Shown here one piece after another: positions 36,514 to 50,057 of a stretch of 64,000 nucleotides of DNA. The translations under genes and the position numbers were made by a program. The DNA is from Guillardia theta CCMP2712 (lineage: Eukaryota > Protista > Cryptophyta). Positions within the stretch are counted from its first letter, which is position 1; the number at the start of each line of letters is the position of its first letter. The notes beneath the pieces are model-generated. The model ran no database searches. It worked only from the letters and a program-made list of their open reading frames with translations, and was not told the DNA's origin. The stretch spans positions 663,548 to 727,547 of the forward strand of contig NW_005434661.1 of the NCBI RefSeq assembly GCF_000315625.1. Direction: 5' to 3'.

Positions 36514-36843
36514 TCACAGCCGAAGGATGTCTCCTGTAGCTGATGTTATCTCTGGCCTTTCAGACCTGCTCAACAACTCAATGCAGTACTTCAACGCCCT
36601 GAGTTGCTTCTCTTTGCATGGCCCTTGCCAGAATTCCGTTTCGGTTTCGCAATACAAGTCACAAGGCCCAGGGCTTCTCCGGTTCGTTAAGTGATGCTCT
36701 CGCAAATTTACAAAAAGCACGGAGCTGTCTGTGGAGGTGTCGTGTGGAAGATCGCACTCGTCAAGGCTGAGAGATCCGAAATCAAGTTGTTCCTCCGATT
36801 GCATTGTAACAAGCTGTTCCACTTGGTCCTTGTACATTCTCAT
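36514..36843 (-). CDS. Hypothetical protein (first exon or short ORF)
   Basis: ATG ORF downstream of a GGGTAC/ACCCC-rich promoter-like region; no family recognised. Confidence 0.3.
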   Translation of the reverse strand: MRMYKDQVEQLVTMQSEEQLDFGSLSLDECDLPHDTSTDSSVLFVNLREHHLTNRRSPGPCDLYCETETEFWQGPCKEKQLRALKYCIELLSRSERPEITSATGDILRL

Positions 36844-37495
36844 TGGTGCTCTCCTTACAAGAAGCGAGGAAGCAGTGATCTTTCAGAGAAACGGAGAAGG
36901 GAAGCGGGGGGGTTGGCTGAAGGAGGGAGGGTGAGGTGTCAGAAAATGGGTCGAGGAGACGAAGTTCTGACGAGGGATAGGGCGGTGGGGAGGATAGAAG
37001 GAGTGAGTACGGGGGAAACCAAGAAGCTTCTTTCGGGGAACAGCATGAGTGCAAGTACCCGTGGTTCCTAGTACAAGCCAGCTGTATATGGGTGGGGTCA
37101 TGCACATGGTAGTCCCAAGCAAACAGCTGGCTCTGGACTTTCCAGTACCCTCACAAATACTATAAAGGTTGGGGGTGGGGTTACACAAACAAAGCCAAAT
37201 TTGGCCGGGTAACGTGACTATCTGACAGTCGGAGCTTAAAAATAATTATAAAGGTGCTGTCAGTCAAAGTGAGTGACCCGGCGGGCCGAACCCGGTCAGG
37301 CCCGCCGCTGTGGCCGTGGAGGCGATTTTCTTTCTCAAATTTGGTTCAGCTTCAAAGACTCCTTACAATGAAAAGTAGGTTGCAAGATTGAAGAATGTTT
37401 TGATGACCACTAGTTTACACGATCCACAACACACACGATGCTGGGGGGCGGAGCAGGAAGGAGAGGACTGAGGCTTATCTGATGCCCCTGCCTTG

Positions 37496-40400
37496 ATGAG
37501 GAGCATGAAAGCCCTCCTCCTGTTCTTCCTCAGAGCCCTTGCTCTCCATCGAACCGTCTGTTGGAGCTTCGATGCCGAACATGAAGCCGATTTGCACTTG
37601 TGGGCCAGGCGTCATGCGTTCCCAGACAAAGTCACGACGTTGAAGCAGGAGGTTCTGTTGATCGGAGATGGCCAGCAGATGCGGTTCTGGCCTCTGTGGG
37701 GGTTTTATCAATATCTCTCAAGGGCCTCCTCCTCTTTCACCCCTTCGGTGAGATTGATTACTTCCTCCACCCCGGGTTTCCGCTTTGGGATGATGTGGGA
37801 AGAGATGGTTTACACCCTGTCCCGCTCAAGGCACCCGGTCTTGTACTTTCTTGTCAGCCCTGGTGATCGTCCGCTACCAGTGATTGGGCTCCGGCATTAT
37901 CCAGGCATCAAGATCCTGGACGTGGAGGACATGGAGGGTCAGAGGAGGCTGGAGGACTTGATAGTCGGAAATAAGATCGATTTTGTGACATTCAGGTACT
38001 TCAACGACGAGTTGGTCCATCTACAGGCTCTCTGCAAAGAGACGACCTTCCATCACATGCCGTTCTTCCTGAATCCGTCGCACTTCTATCGCGGTGCTGG
38101 GTCGGGAGGAGAATGGATGAGGAACAGGGACATCGATGTGCTGGTGTATGGGAACACATGGTCGCACAGATACCCTCTGAGGCATCGAGCTCTGAGAGCA
38201 TTGACCACGATCAAGCATGGCATGTCGTTCGAGGTGATCGCGCATCCCGGGTATCATCTCGATCGCCGCAAGGCCGATGTCCACCAGCTCTTGTGCAGCG
38301 ATATTGGCCCCGAGTTCTGGAACCTCTCGAGAGTGGATGCGCGTGATCTGAGGTGCTGCAAGGGCAGCAGATGCATGCCCGATGACTGTGCACGAGTCTC
38401 CTGGAGGGTTATGCAAGGCCCGCTATCAAGCTGCGACGATGTGAAGACCTGTCCGTTGCCAGCGGCTGTGGAGGCCATGAACGCGCTGAAGACGTGTCTA
38501 CCTGTCATCCGGGGCAAGCAGCTGGGGGACAAGCTGAGGAGGGCAAAGATTGTGATCACATGCTCAATCCAAGGATCGACAGACCATGGCTTCCACGTCT
38601 CTCACTCATACCTCGTTGCCAAGTATCATGAGATCGGGCTTTGCGGGGCGGTGATAGCAGGCGACATTCCTCTCTCTGGACATGGTTCAGGGCTGCAGGG
38701 CAGGATGATACATCTTGATCCCGAGATGAGCGACCAGGAGATCGTCTTGGCTCTGTCTGAAGCTGTCTCGGATAGCCGTGAGATGGTGCGATTGGCAAAC
38801 TCGTCGTTCGAGTACTTCCAGTGGAACACGTATGCGAGGGGAACGATTTACTGGACGAGTATGATACAGTCCATGCTCTCTCGAAACTTCACTTCTCCTT
38901 CGCTGCTAGGCTCTGGTCTTGCAGAGACTGAGAGGCTGGGATTGAAGGATGGGAAAGAATATTCAAGGTTGAGGTTCAACGAGAGATGGCAGCATGTTAT
39001 CCCAAGTGACCCAACGTACTTCCCTAACGAAGAATGTCTCCGAGCATTCTTTGAAGAGATCATAATCAAGCGCTCCAAGTCTGGGGTTGCCAAGAAGTCG
39101 AAGTTGGTGGATGTTGGAGCAGGAATGGGGACCGAAAGTTTGATCGCTGCAATGCACGGATGGGATGTAATTGCCATCGAGGCTCTGAAGGACAATGTTG
39201 CTGTCTTGCAAGAAGGCGCGAGGTCAAACAATGTCGAGGACAGAATTTGTGTCCTTCATGCAGCAGCGTATGATTGTACAGGTTGACTTGTTACTACATG
39301 TCCTGTCCTTCTGACACTTTCAGTCAGGCAGAGAGAAGCTGTACAAGTCATCCGTTGAACTGCAAGACATGGGGCAAACTTCAGCTTGTCAGATGCACAA
39401 CCTACATCTTCCGCCTTCATCGTTCACGAGTGCAGCCTTCACGTCGTCACGAGATTCACTACAAGGTTTCCTCCTGAACAGGAGTACCAAGGTGAGGAGG
39501 AAGGGGATTCGTCTGGCTGACCAGAAAGGTGATATGTTCGAGGTGCAGGTTGCAAACGAGGATGACATGAGACGATGGAGTAGAGGTGCCGATGGAACCT
39601 TTCGGTTGTGTGGAGATGAGAGTTCAACTATCTGTTCCTCACTGTCCCCTCTCAGTCTGCAGGCTGCTGAAACCATCGCCACCGAGCTTGTCAAAGTTGT
39701 TTGCCTTGACAACTTCCTCAACGTAGAAGAGGCCGTGGACGTGATGCTGATTCAGGATTTCCAGGAGAATGACAAGGTCAGTCAGGAATCTCCGACAAGA
39801 TCTCTCTAATATCAGCGCACAGGTGGTTGTCGGGAGCGCAAAGTTGTTGTCGTCCGGACTTGTCCACCTCGTCATCTTTGACAACAGGAGGAGGGAGCGG
39901 AGGAATTTCATCCATGAGATGCTCATGATGGATTTCTGTGTTGTCTCTCTGATTGATGTATCTGACAAGTGCGATGTCGTCGAGTTGGATGTTTGCCTGG
40001 ACTTGCAAGGAGACTTGAAGACTGAGCAGCACGATTGGATCGTCTTCAAACACGTAGCTGCACCCTTGCAAGGCGAAGCAACACGTTCGCCAGCAGGTGC
40101 TGTTTTCACCATCTCGGAAACCAAGTTGCAGGCCTTCGCTAAGTTGCAGACGAGCATGTTCGATCCGCTGAATCGGCAGGTCGACAGGAAGTTTCTCGTC
40201 CTCAGGTCCGGCCATGGCATCGCAAACACGATGCTCGAAGAGGTCTCTGCCCTCCTCCTCTCCCTCGCCTCCGGCAGAGCTCTTGTAGTATCCTACGACT
40301 CTGACATCTTCGGGCTCCAGAGGCCCAGCGACTGTTTCAACCGCCCTTTCCCCATGAGCCTGGAGGAGATTCAGAGCCTGCAGGAGGTCGCGGGGCTCAG

Positions 40401-41480
40401 TGGAAGGGCAGAGGAGCTGAGTGGCGACACAGCACGAGGGTACGCTAGGTACCACGAGCTCGCAGCCTGTGGCAACTTCAACGTCTCCCTCAAGGGGCCC
40501 TGGGCAGCGCTGCAGCACCTGTACAGCTTCCCCGCGCTGTTTCTCAATCCGAGCGTGACGGGGCTGCTTCACCTGGAGGAGGAGGAGGAGGAGATGGATG
40601 TATTCCAGCGGCTGCATGCTTTCTTGCATCGGCCGGCACAATCGATCCTGAGGGAGGCCGAGCGGCTCTGGCAGACCTCGTTGGGCTCGGCTGCATGCTC
40701 GGTAGGCGTCCAGTTCCGGTGGCACCACCTCTCCGAGCACCACGGGGGAAGGAGCAACAAGACTCACCTGCTCCTCGTCTCTCGGATGTTCCTGGAGGCA
40801 GCGGTAGCCAGCTGCCAGCGCTACTTCTCCTCGCCCTCCCGGCCTCTTAACGAGAGATCCATTGCCATCTGGATCGCCTCCGACTATTCTTTCGTGTACG
40901 ACGTCTTCAGAGACTCTGCCAGGTCCATCAGCCAAAACTCCATCACTGTCCACCACCTAGATAAGGACGACACCCGCATCCATGGAAGGTATGCCCTCCC
41001 CATCCCTCGGGTTCCCTCTTCTTCCTCTCCCTTCCTCCTCCCTAGCCTCCTTTCCTTTACCTCCCTTCTTCTCTCGTTGTTTGTTCATCCCCTGCTTGCC
41101 TGCCTGACTCCAGCTCGCGCAGGCCTGACGACGTCGGGGATCTCAGCGGGGATCATGACGACCATGAGGCCTCGCTCCTCGACCTCGAAATGCTGTCCAG
41201 CTGTCGCTTCCTCGTCTGCACTCGCCTGAGCACCTTCGGGTATGTCGCCTACGCCAGGAGGTCCAACGTCAACGGGAGGAGCCACAGCCAGTACATGCTG
41301 TGCGATGCGGAGGGGAGAGGATGCAGGGAGGTCGTTGGGCGGATGGCTGGGCTCGTTGCCGGAGAGCCTCTGCATCAAGACTGGCCATGGACAGAGCAGA
41401 AGCTGAAGCAGGTCTCATGCTACAACAAGTCTGAGGGAGTCTTCACCTTCCTGAAGCGCAGCATCTTCAAAGCTGTTTAG
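37496..41480 (+). CDS. Secreted/Golgi multidomain glycan-modifying protein: GT-B glycosyltransferase-like + FkbM methyltransferase + GT37/GT23-type fucosyltransferase-like
   Basis: Signal peptide; RDIDVLVYG..RYPLR..HPGY..LRRAKIVITCS..YLVAKYHEI; LVDVGAGMG..VIAIEA; GHGIAN..SALLLSLASGRALVV, VGVQFRW, IWIASD, STFGYVA; introns join the ORFs in frame. Confidence 0.7.
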
Positions 41481-41569
41481 AACAATGTTTCATTATTTCA
41501 CTTTGCTAACACTGTAAATAAGATCGCGAACTCAGATTAACATCGCCGTCAAGTGTATGGATGCATCTC

Positions 41570-43113
41570 GATCTTGGCGGAGCAACGACCAAGGTTGAAC
41601 GCTTCCCGTTGGAAGTAGGCCCTGCCATGTCACGTCACATCGCAACCTCAGCTGCACCTCTCCGCTCTCACGCGACAGTTGGCCAGTTGTCTGCCTTGTC
41701 CTTGTCCCTTGCTGCTGTCCCTCGCTTCACCACATCGTCGATGAAGATCGGCCTCGTCCGCGGCTTTTCCCTCCTCCGCTGCTCCTGCTGCTTCCTGCCA
41801 GCAACGAGTTAGCCTGTGGGTTTGCAAGGGAGGGGACAAACGCACTTGTACTCGATCGGGAGGTCGACGGAGAAGGACGAGGACTGGTAAGGCGAGTACT
41901 CGTCGAACCTCGGGCCCAGGGAGTCTGGGCTGGTTGTCTTGTACTTTCTCCTCTCAAACTTGCTCTTCATCGTCTTCCTTTCCCTTCCGGGCCTCACGAT
42001 CCAGGACCTCGGCATGAGAGTTGCCTGCTGCACAGCTATCATCCTCCGAGACAACAGGGCCCCACACAAACCTCTTCCTCGTCCGAGTTCGCAGGGTTCA
42101 GACGCTCCTTCCACCAGCTGGACAAAAAGTCGGGCAGAGCTGGGTCAGGCAGTCGGCAGGGAGGCTGGACCAGGGCGCGCACCTGGTGTCGTCGAAACAC
42201 TCCCCCTTGTCAACCTTGTCAAAGTTCCAGTTCCTCTTCTGGATCGGGAGGTTGTACTTCCCTGTCACTCGGTAGATCTGCCATGGTCCGCACCGTCAGC
42301 AACGGGAGGAGACGCTCGGAGCAACTGACAGGGACGCCGGCGGTTCGTTCGATGTCCTGCAAGTGCGAAGAAGCGAGAGAGGAGCGTTCTGTGCTGGAAC
42401 TCTCCTGCGTGTCCTGCTGCTCTGACCTGCTCTCTCTCTCCTCCCCTCCTTGCTCCTCCCGCTCTCGATCCTCAGCCTCCAACCGTTTCAAGTCCCCTGC
42501 TCGCCTTGTGAGGGAGTTGTGATGCGGAGCAGGGAGGGAGTCACCTTGCAGTTTCTTGATTCTGATCCAGTCCTCTTCGTGTCCATCGTCGCTAGAGCCG
42601 CTGAGCCTGAAAGGTTTTCACTACGTCATGGAGGCTGCCGATGAGCACTCCCTGCCTTACCTGGGGTTCTCCCACGAAGACAACTCTGAGCACAACCACC
42701 TTCAGCGAGCGAACAAGATCATTCACATCTACCCTTGTGCTGCTCCCTCGCGCCGTCTTGCCCGACGGTCGCTGCATGGCGGCGGGGGGGGTCAGAGCCC
42801 TTGATGCGAGCCCGGTCCTCGAAGTGTCTGATCAACGTCTTGATCGCCTTCGGGCTCGAGGCCGGCGGGTTCCCTTTGGCGTCCCCATGATCTAGACGCT
42901 TCCCTCAGACGATCTAGACTCTCCTCTAGCCTTCTCACCTCTCAGAGATCTGCTGGGGAGCTGCTCGGCAGACTCGTCCCCGCCCCCGTCCTCGTCCTCG
43001 TCTCTAACGGAATCTTCCTCGCTGGACGACTCGAGGGCGATGCGTCTTTCAGGCTTCTTGTAATGGAGAGCCTCCAGGTACTCGATGCGCTTGTTGATGG
43101 TCAAGTCGTCCAT
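41570..43113 (-). CDS. Hypothetical multi-exon protein
   Basis: Exon-like coding stretches (MDDLTINKRIEYLEALHY.., YNLPIQKRNWNFDKVDKG..) with GT-AG introns; no family recognised. Confidence 0.45.
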
Positions 43114-43140
43114 CCTCCTCCTCCTCCTGCACCTCCTCCC

Positions 43141-43171
<31 letters not shown>

Positions 43172-43365
43172 CTACCTAGCAAGCCCTGCCCATGTGCAGA
43201 CACCGGGAGGGGGAGTAGGGCCGATCGCCGGTTAATGTCCTGAGAAACTTAAACAAAAAACGATCGGATGGGCCCACTGACTGTAAAGAGCGGCAGCGGC
43301 AGGTCAAAGGGCCTGAGAGCGCGAGATGTTGGAAGGAGAAACTGACTGATAGCAGACGGTGAGGT

Positions 43366-45381
43366 TTATTCGATCTTGAACTCTTTCGCAAACTCCGTCA
43401 CCACCTCAGTCTCTAAGATGTGACTGCGGTCGTTCTTGACGGGCGGGAGGCAGTAATATCGCAACCTGCCGCTGCTCTACTTGTTAGACGAGGTCACCCA
43501 TCCACGTGGTCCTTGCCTGGTCCAGTCCTTGAGCACTTGACGCGCGGCCGTCTCAACATCAGTCTCTCCTCCCCTGAACAGCTTCCCTCGTTTCTGCCAA
43601 CGTGTCAAGTGGTCGCGTGAAGAGCCGTGCATACTCTTGCGAGCGCCTGAAGGAATTCCTGGTAGTTGCTGAGAAATGTCAGGGAGCGGATGAGCAGTCA
43701 ATGGGCGTACCTGAACTTGTCTATCCCGTACTTCTGCATCAAGACTTCATGTCCGCACCTTGGCAAGGTCTCAGGTGAAAGCGGAGAGAACCTGAGAGCT
43801 ACTTGTCGATGATATCTTGCATGGGAGCAAGGAGGTCCTTTATCTTCGCTCAATGTCAGTGCTAATCTCTCGTAACCCGGAGCTAGCCGACCTTGTCGAT
43901 GGGGATGCAGTTTCTCAGGACCAGCTGAGCTTCCGAGAGGCCTGCCTCTATGACAACCCCCGGGCAATCGATCAGGGTTATTCCTCGCTCTAAGTGCAAG
44001 CTCTTCGAGCGTGTGAGGCCCCACCAGTCGAGGAGTCAAGAGGAACCTGGAGGGTCTTGGTGACCCCCGCTCTGTCTCCCGTCTGAGCCGCTCGAGTGCG
44101 CAGGAGGCTGTTGATGATAGAACTCTTACCCACGTTCGGCATCCCCAGAACTCCCACGTTGACCCTCGCCTAAGGATACCAAGTGAATCCCCACGGTCCG
44201 TCTGGAAAGCGTTCAAACCTTCCCGCCAAAACTTGAATCTTGTCTGGTCAAGGCCTTGATCATATTCACGAGCTCTTCTGCTCCGACGCAGTTCCCAGTC
44301 ATCAACTGCCCGTGCGTTGCGTTGCTGACTTGGATTCTAGAATGGACGTAGGAGTCTCCTCTCCGAACTTGAGTGGCGGCCTTGAAAGCTGCGACGTGAT
44401 TTTCTTCTTTGAGGTAATTCATCCAGTCGTCAAGTACGTTCTGTTTGCTTCAATTAGAGGCACAAACTGATAATGAAAGAAGCTGTACCTTGGGCACTAG
44501 GTCGATTTTGTTCAGAACGAGTATGATCTTCAGCTCAGGGCGTTTCTTGTGGATGAAATCTTCAATCTGCATCAACCAACGGCAGTGAGAAGCTGTAGAA
44601 GAAGCTAGTCAACACCTGCTTTGTACGGCATCCGTTAGGATCTCTGGCGTCAAGCACCTCCAGGATCAGATCTGCTTCATTCAGGATGCGATTCAGCGCC
44701 CCCGTGTACATCCTGCGAGAGCCATCACGGAAGCCTCCTGTCTCTGCCTCTGTCTCGGTCTGATGCACGTATGACTCGTAGTCCACCTCTTGTCGCTGCA
44801 TTCCATTCGCTTCCTTGCCCGATTCCAACCCTTCCTCGGCGATCAACCCTTCCCCCACATCTCCTTCCTCCCTGTCTGCACTCCTTCCAAAGCCCTGGAA
44901 GGAACCGGAGAATTCAAATCCCGACCGATGCTTCTGTCTCAGCACATTCACATCCACTTTCTGCGATGCCTTGTTGGGCCCTTTCTTCTCCTCCTGCTTC
45001 TTCTTCATCAGGATGCGTTTACGCTTCTCAGCTTCTGCCTCGAGCTTGCGCTGATAATGCTTCCCTTTCTTGGTACCGCCTCCTCGCAGTACAGCAACGT
45101 TGAGGAAGACCGCAGCTCTGCCGCAATGGCGGAGGGAAACCTCTTCTACTGTAGCCTGACAGACGCAGAGCACAAGAGCGGCAACGAGGCTCAAGGACCA
45201 GCTCACACCCCGACAGCGGGACACCCGCTGGTGGCCGGGAAGACCCAACGTGATGACGAGGCGACGAGGCTTGAAACAGACGATGCTCGACCTGGACAGG
45301 ATGTGAGGTTCTTAGCAAACGAGTCAACTCAGCTATCACACACGGTACTCTGCTTGAGAGCTTTACACGTGCCCCGACCAT
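43366..45381 (-). CDS. Nug1/GNL3 (nucleostemin-like) circularly permuted GTPase with N-terminal hydrophobic leader and LRGG motif
   Basis: [73 protein letters not shown]; G4-G1-G2-G3 order. Confidence 0.9.
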
Positions 45382-45499
45382 CTCTCCCTCCTTCCCTCCC
45401 CCCCCCCCTTTCGTTGACTCATTTCAACTCCCTCGCACTCTGACCCTCTACCTCTCTCTCCCTCCCACACATGATCTTTCTCCTTCTCTGTCCTTCTTG

Positions 45500-45597
45500 C
45501 TAACCACCTTAGCTCTCCTACTCTCTCTCCCTCTCTTGCTAACTACCTTAGCTCTCCTACTCTCTCTCCCTCTCTCGCTAACTACCTTAGCCCTCCC
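45500..45597. repeat. 39-bp tandem repeat in divergent promoter
   Basis: taac[c/t]accttagctctcctactctctctccctctc[t/c][t/c]gc x~2.5. Confidence 0.85.
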
Positions 45598-45736
45598 TGC
45601 ATTTCTATCGTGAGCAGCCGCAACGAAAAAAACTTTCCTGTAAAACCTCTGATCAAGCACAGTTGCAAGTTGCTGTCGTTGAGATCGTAGCGCGGGAGAG
45701 CTGTCATGGAGGAGCAGGGAGAGTGAGACGACGGGC

Positions 45737-48700
45737 ATGTCGGGCAAGGCTGGAGGAAGAGCGGGGGAGGACGTCGCAACCTTCGGGGCAGTCGAGAGGC
45801 TCGAGGCTGTCGACAGGATGCAGCAGCTGAAGAGGCTCCATCAACCCCGGGAGAGCGACAAGCCTGATGGCAGACATGCGCGGTTCTTGGAGGAGAAGGA
45901 GCCTCTGTCTTGCTCTGCCCCAGAGAGCCCAGACGTCGAGGACATGCACCTGGCGCTCATACAAGCTTACAACAACCAGCTCGTCTTGAAGGCAGACCTC
46001 TTGCCAGCTGAGCTGTTGTGAGAGTTTGCGCAGGTGGTATGGAAGGTGAGGTACGACCTCCGTCCTGTCGTCCGGTTCGCGTGGTGGGACAGCAGCGATG
46101 GGAAGCACGGAGGGTACAAGATAAGAGTGGAGGTGTCTGAGAGTGAGGTGAACAGACTGAGGCATCGGAGAACCTTGTTGAGTTTGCGTTCAGAGAAAGA
46201 CAATCAACGAATACGACTTGTTCCCCGCTGAGAGAAGCTCCATAACGCTTGTGAGCATTTCTGATGTTCTCCTTCCGGCAATTCTCATGTTATGAACAGG
46301 TCACCGCAACTCATCAGAGCATTGAGCTACCGTACACTACATGCTCCTTTTGCAGTGCCGATAGTTTCGGGCCAGCAGGTACAGCAACATTCACAAGCTC
46401 TGTCTTGTCATATGTGGGTCAGGCTTTATCTTTGTTGCACCGAAGGGCATCTCATTTCCCATCAATGCTGTGCTGGTTCTGCCTTCGGTGGAGAAGCAGC
46501 TCCAGAGAGCGAGGCAAGAGTCAGAGAAGCGTTTCGTGGAGGTGACTTGCTGCCTGGTTGTACCCGATCATTCATGTGAGCTTTGCATGTGAATAGAGAG
46601 AATTGGAACGGCAGTACAAGATTCAAGATGATATGAATAAGCTCAGAATCAGACAGAGGCGTTTCGAAAGTAAACTTGAAGTGTTCCTTACAACGATCAT
46701 CTTGACCTGTAACTGTTTACCAGGGAGGCAAGACATCGAATACAGGTTTCACAACATCCTTGAGCGATCAAGAAAAGAAGCAACCACACAGCCAATCGCA
46801 CAAGCTCTCTATGAGTCCCAGGACTTTCCTTACATGCATGCTGTTTGGAAGCAGCTGAAGCCGGCCGGTGTTTATCCTCCTCCCGACAAGCATCCGATAG
46901 TCGTCAAGTATTATGCCGAGATGACTTCAGTGCAGGGGGTGGTGAGCGAGAGAAGGCCATGTTTCATCTGCCTCTGAGGTATCTTACCAGGAAGTGAACG
47001 TGTTGACGTTCGAGGTCTGGAGCAGGAGCTTTGACGTTAGGTACACCATCCACCTTCAGGTGCCACCCTTGCTCGCTATCCTCTCAGCGTGACGAGCCTG
47101 TCAAGGTTCAAGACGCGATCACAGGGAGAGTGATCAACACGTCTGTGCCAGGGATACTGCTGTACACATGGAGCAGGATACACGTACATCCTCTTGGCTC
47201 CTCCCTCCTCCCTTCATCCTCCTCGTCAGGTTTTCAACGCTGAGTCTGCCCCGAGTGCAAGGGACGCACCGTCACTCTGCTACGCCAAGTGAGCTCAACA
47301 TCATCATCCTTGTTGGATCATGCCATGAGCTGCGAGTTAGGAGGAGGCTGTGGCTGTTCGGAGGGAAGACAAGGGGCGGGCAGTACAAGACATTCTACGA
47401 TGACCTGTGGACATACGATTACGACACCGTAAGTTGGTTGATGAGGATTGATCTGACAGATTGATCGATGTTGAAGAACGAGTGGACTCTGTACACAAAG
47501 GCCGAGCAGATAACGAACGCTAAGGGAGAAATCAAGAGGAAGAAGGGCGTTCATGGGAAGCGACCTCCTGGATCCAGCTCAGCCATACTGCTGTAACCTG
47601 CTGCGAGGACGTGTGCTGTCCTGACCGATGGATGGCAGGCACCGCAGAACTGAGAGCGGCGAGTTCTTGTACCTTGCGGGGGGCAACACGCACAGCAGCA
47701 AGAGGAGTGAGAGGAGAGCAGTGTGGGAGGAGCAAGATGTGACAAGTGGGTAGGAGACGTCCGGAAGCTCGACATTTCGAGGAACTCATCGACGTACCTC
47801 AAGTGGAGTGAGCTGATCGCGCACGGGGAGAGCCAAGTGGCGGCCATGGTCTCTACGTTGCAGGAAGGTCCAAGGAGGAAGGAGGAGGAGGGAGGTTGAT
47901 GTTGCTGAGGGGATGTGATCATAGGAGATGAGGAGGTGAAAGGGGATCCGCCACTTAAGGGGTTCAGCCTCAAGACCCTGCACACCAGCCACCAGGTGTA
48001 CTGCTCCTGCATCGAGGACGGAGAGGTCTACGAGCTGTGCCTGTCGAGCAAGAAATGGAGCAAGATCCCAGTGGAGAACGTGCTGCCGTGGAAGACCAGC
48101 AAGGTGCTCCTGGCCGACCTCAAGATCAAGGTCCGCTTCATCCTCGTCGACTTCTTCACCAAGTCTCCGAGCGAGGGGTGAGCCTGCAGTGTCTGAGAGT
48201 GACCGTGAGGCTCGAGGATGCGGCAGGTACCCGGCGGTTGAGACGGGGGAGATCTGGAGGATCTACTCTAAAGTGAACGCCAACGACGATCGTGAAGACG
48301 CCCGCAAGGAGTGGATGCTCTGCCCCAATCAGACCGTCCAGTTCGTGTCGGCTCCTTGCTTCGGAGACGTTCCCGGCATGCAGGAGGGAGAGGTCGGGCC
48401 TGCAGTGACTGCTGCTACCAGGAGCATGGGAGTCTGTTGTGATTTCGCACGGTCATACCTTCTATGACGCTAAAGTGTTCCGGACCATGACGAGGTAGGA
48501 GGGAGGCGAGCTGGGAGGCGAGCTGGAGGAGCCTGAGCCTGCTGACCTCAGGTACCTACTGATGGGGGGGACACGCTCGGGCGGCAAGGAAAGAGCAGCT
48601 CCAGACGTTGTCGGGTGAGGAAGAGGCGATGACGTGGCTGCTGGCTAAGTGGCTGATGCAGCCAAGACTGGGTGGTCGGGAGAGATGCGTACCCTCAAGT

Positions 48701-49509
48701 GGGGCTGCTCGTTCAGAGGCGGAAGGACAAGGGAGTAGGGGGCGGAGCAGGGCTGGTGATCGACGTGTTCACCGTTGAGGATGCGGGGGGCAAGGAGGAG
48801 AAGGTCTGCAGAGTTCGATGGAACGAGACAGGTGAACCAAGGCATGTCTTGTTGAGTTTCACCCCACTGAGAGCACCTCAGGGGATGAAGAGAACTTCTC
48901 TCCCTCACAGCAAGGAGACTACGACTTGAAGATGTGCATCGACAGTGATCTCTACGCAACGAGGTCATCTCAACATCATCTTAGGAGGCAAGAGTTTGAC
49001 AAGGCGTTGCAGGAATGCGTCGAATGAGTTGTGGTCACTTGATATCATCGAGCCCACAGATCATAAAGACACCATGTGAGCAGCACTCGGGTTGTGGTTC
49101 AACGGTCAGTGTTCTGATAGCTGCTCCCTCCAGGTCAGAGCTGGAATCAATCAGGCTTGCTCAAGGCTTCACAGATGCCAATGTCCTCAAGACGGTTTGC
49201 AACAGATACTTCGGTTCCAGCCGCCTCACATTCTTGGTTTCAGGTTCTGGGGAGAACCTTTCGCACAAGTTCTTCATCGTGAACTTGAAATCTCCATGTT
49301 GTTGCAATCTTGTATTATTTCTTTCGTTTTCAACTCGTTTGATTGTTGAGTGTGATATGTACCTAGACTCTCTCTTCTCCTGTATTATTCAGGGGGCAAG
49401 CATGCCGCTGATACCACAGCTCATGATCGAGGAAGTCGAGTGGCAGGGAGCAGTCCGAGGTCTTGCTCCTCCCGAACCTGCCTCAGGGACGATAAGGCTC
49501 AAAGTCTGA
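45737..49509 (+). CDS. Multi-exon Kelch-repeat-like protein
   Basis: LWLFGGK..YDDLWTYD, SHTA, FLYLAGG and YLLMGG Kelch-like blades; many short introns. Confidence 0.6.
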
Positions 49510-50057
49510 TTCATCCCTCTCGCAAACTTGTAGACAAGTTGATCTCAAGCAACATCCACGTCTCCTCCTCCCATTCACGCGCGTCCTCGCTCTCCTCTCC
49601 CTTAAACCCTCTGAAGGCCTCTTTGCAGCATCGCAGCGGAAGGTCGAGCGGTAAGATCGGACGAGTCTGTCAGCGCCCTTAACTAGGGAACGTGCGAGGC
49701 TGGGGGAACGAGGACGTGCTGGGGCCCCTGGACGAGGGGAAACCCTTCAGTCGTCTTCTGTGAGGTCAACTACTTCTTCAGCTGAGGCTGTATGCTTCCA
49801 TGATGGGTCAGGAGGGAGAGACAGTTGCAACTTCCTTCACCTTTCGCTTCGCTGGCGTCATGGAGTCTTCTGGTTCTATCAGATATCAACGAAGGAATGA
49901 CTTTCAAGTGTCAAACTCACTCTCTCCACTGCGCGCTGCTGCTTCCCCCTTCAGCCGGGCTTCTGCCGCTCTGACCATGGGAATCTTGTCAGCTGGCCAG
50001 CCAGCAGAGATCGGAAGAGTGGAGCACCTCAGAGCCAGACGTCTCCTCTCCTCCACG

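Noticed and set aside
39778-40956. 392-aa minus-strand ORF
   Set aside because: Antisense shadow of the GC-rich fucosyltransferase-like exon
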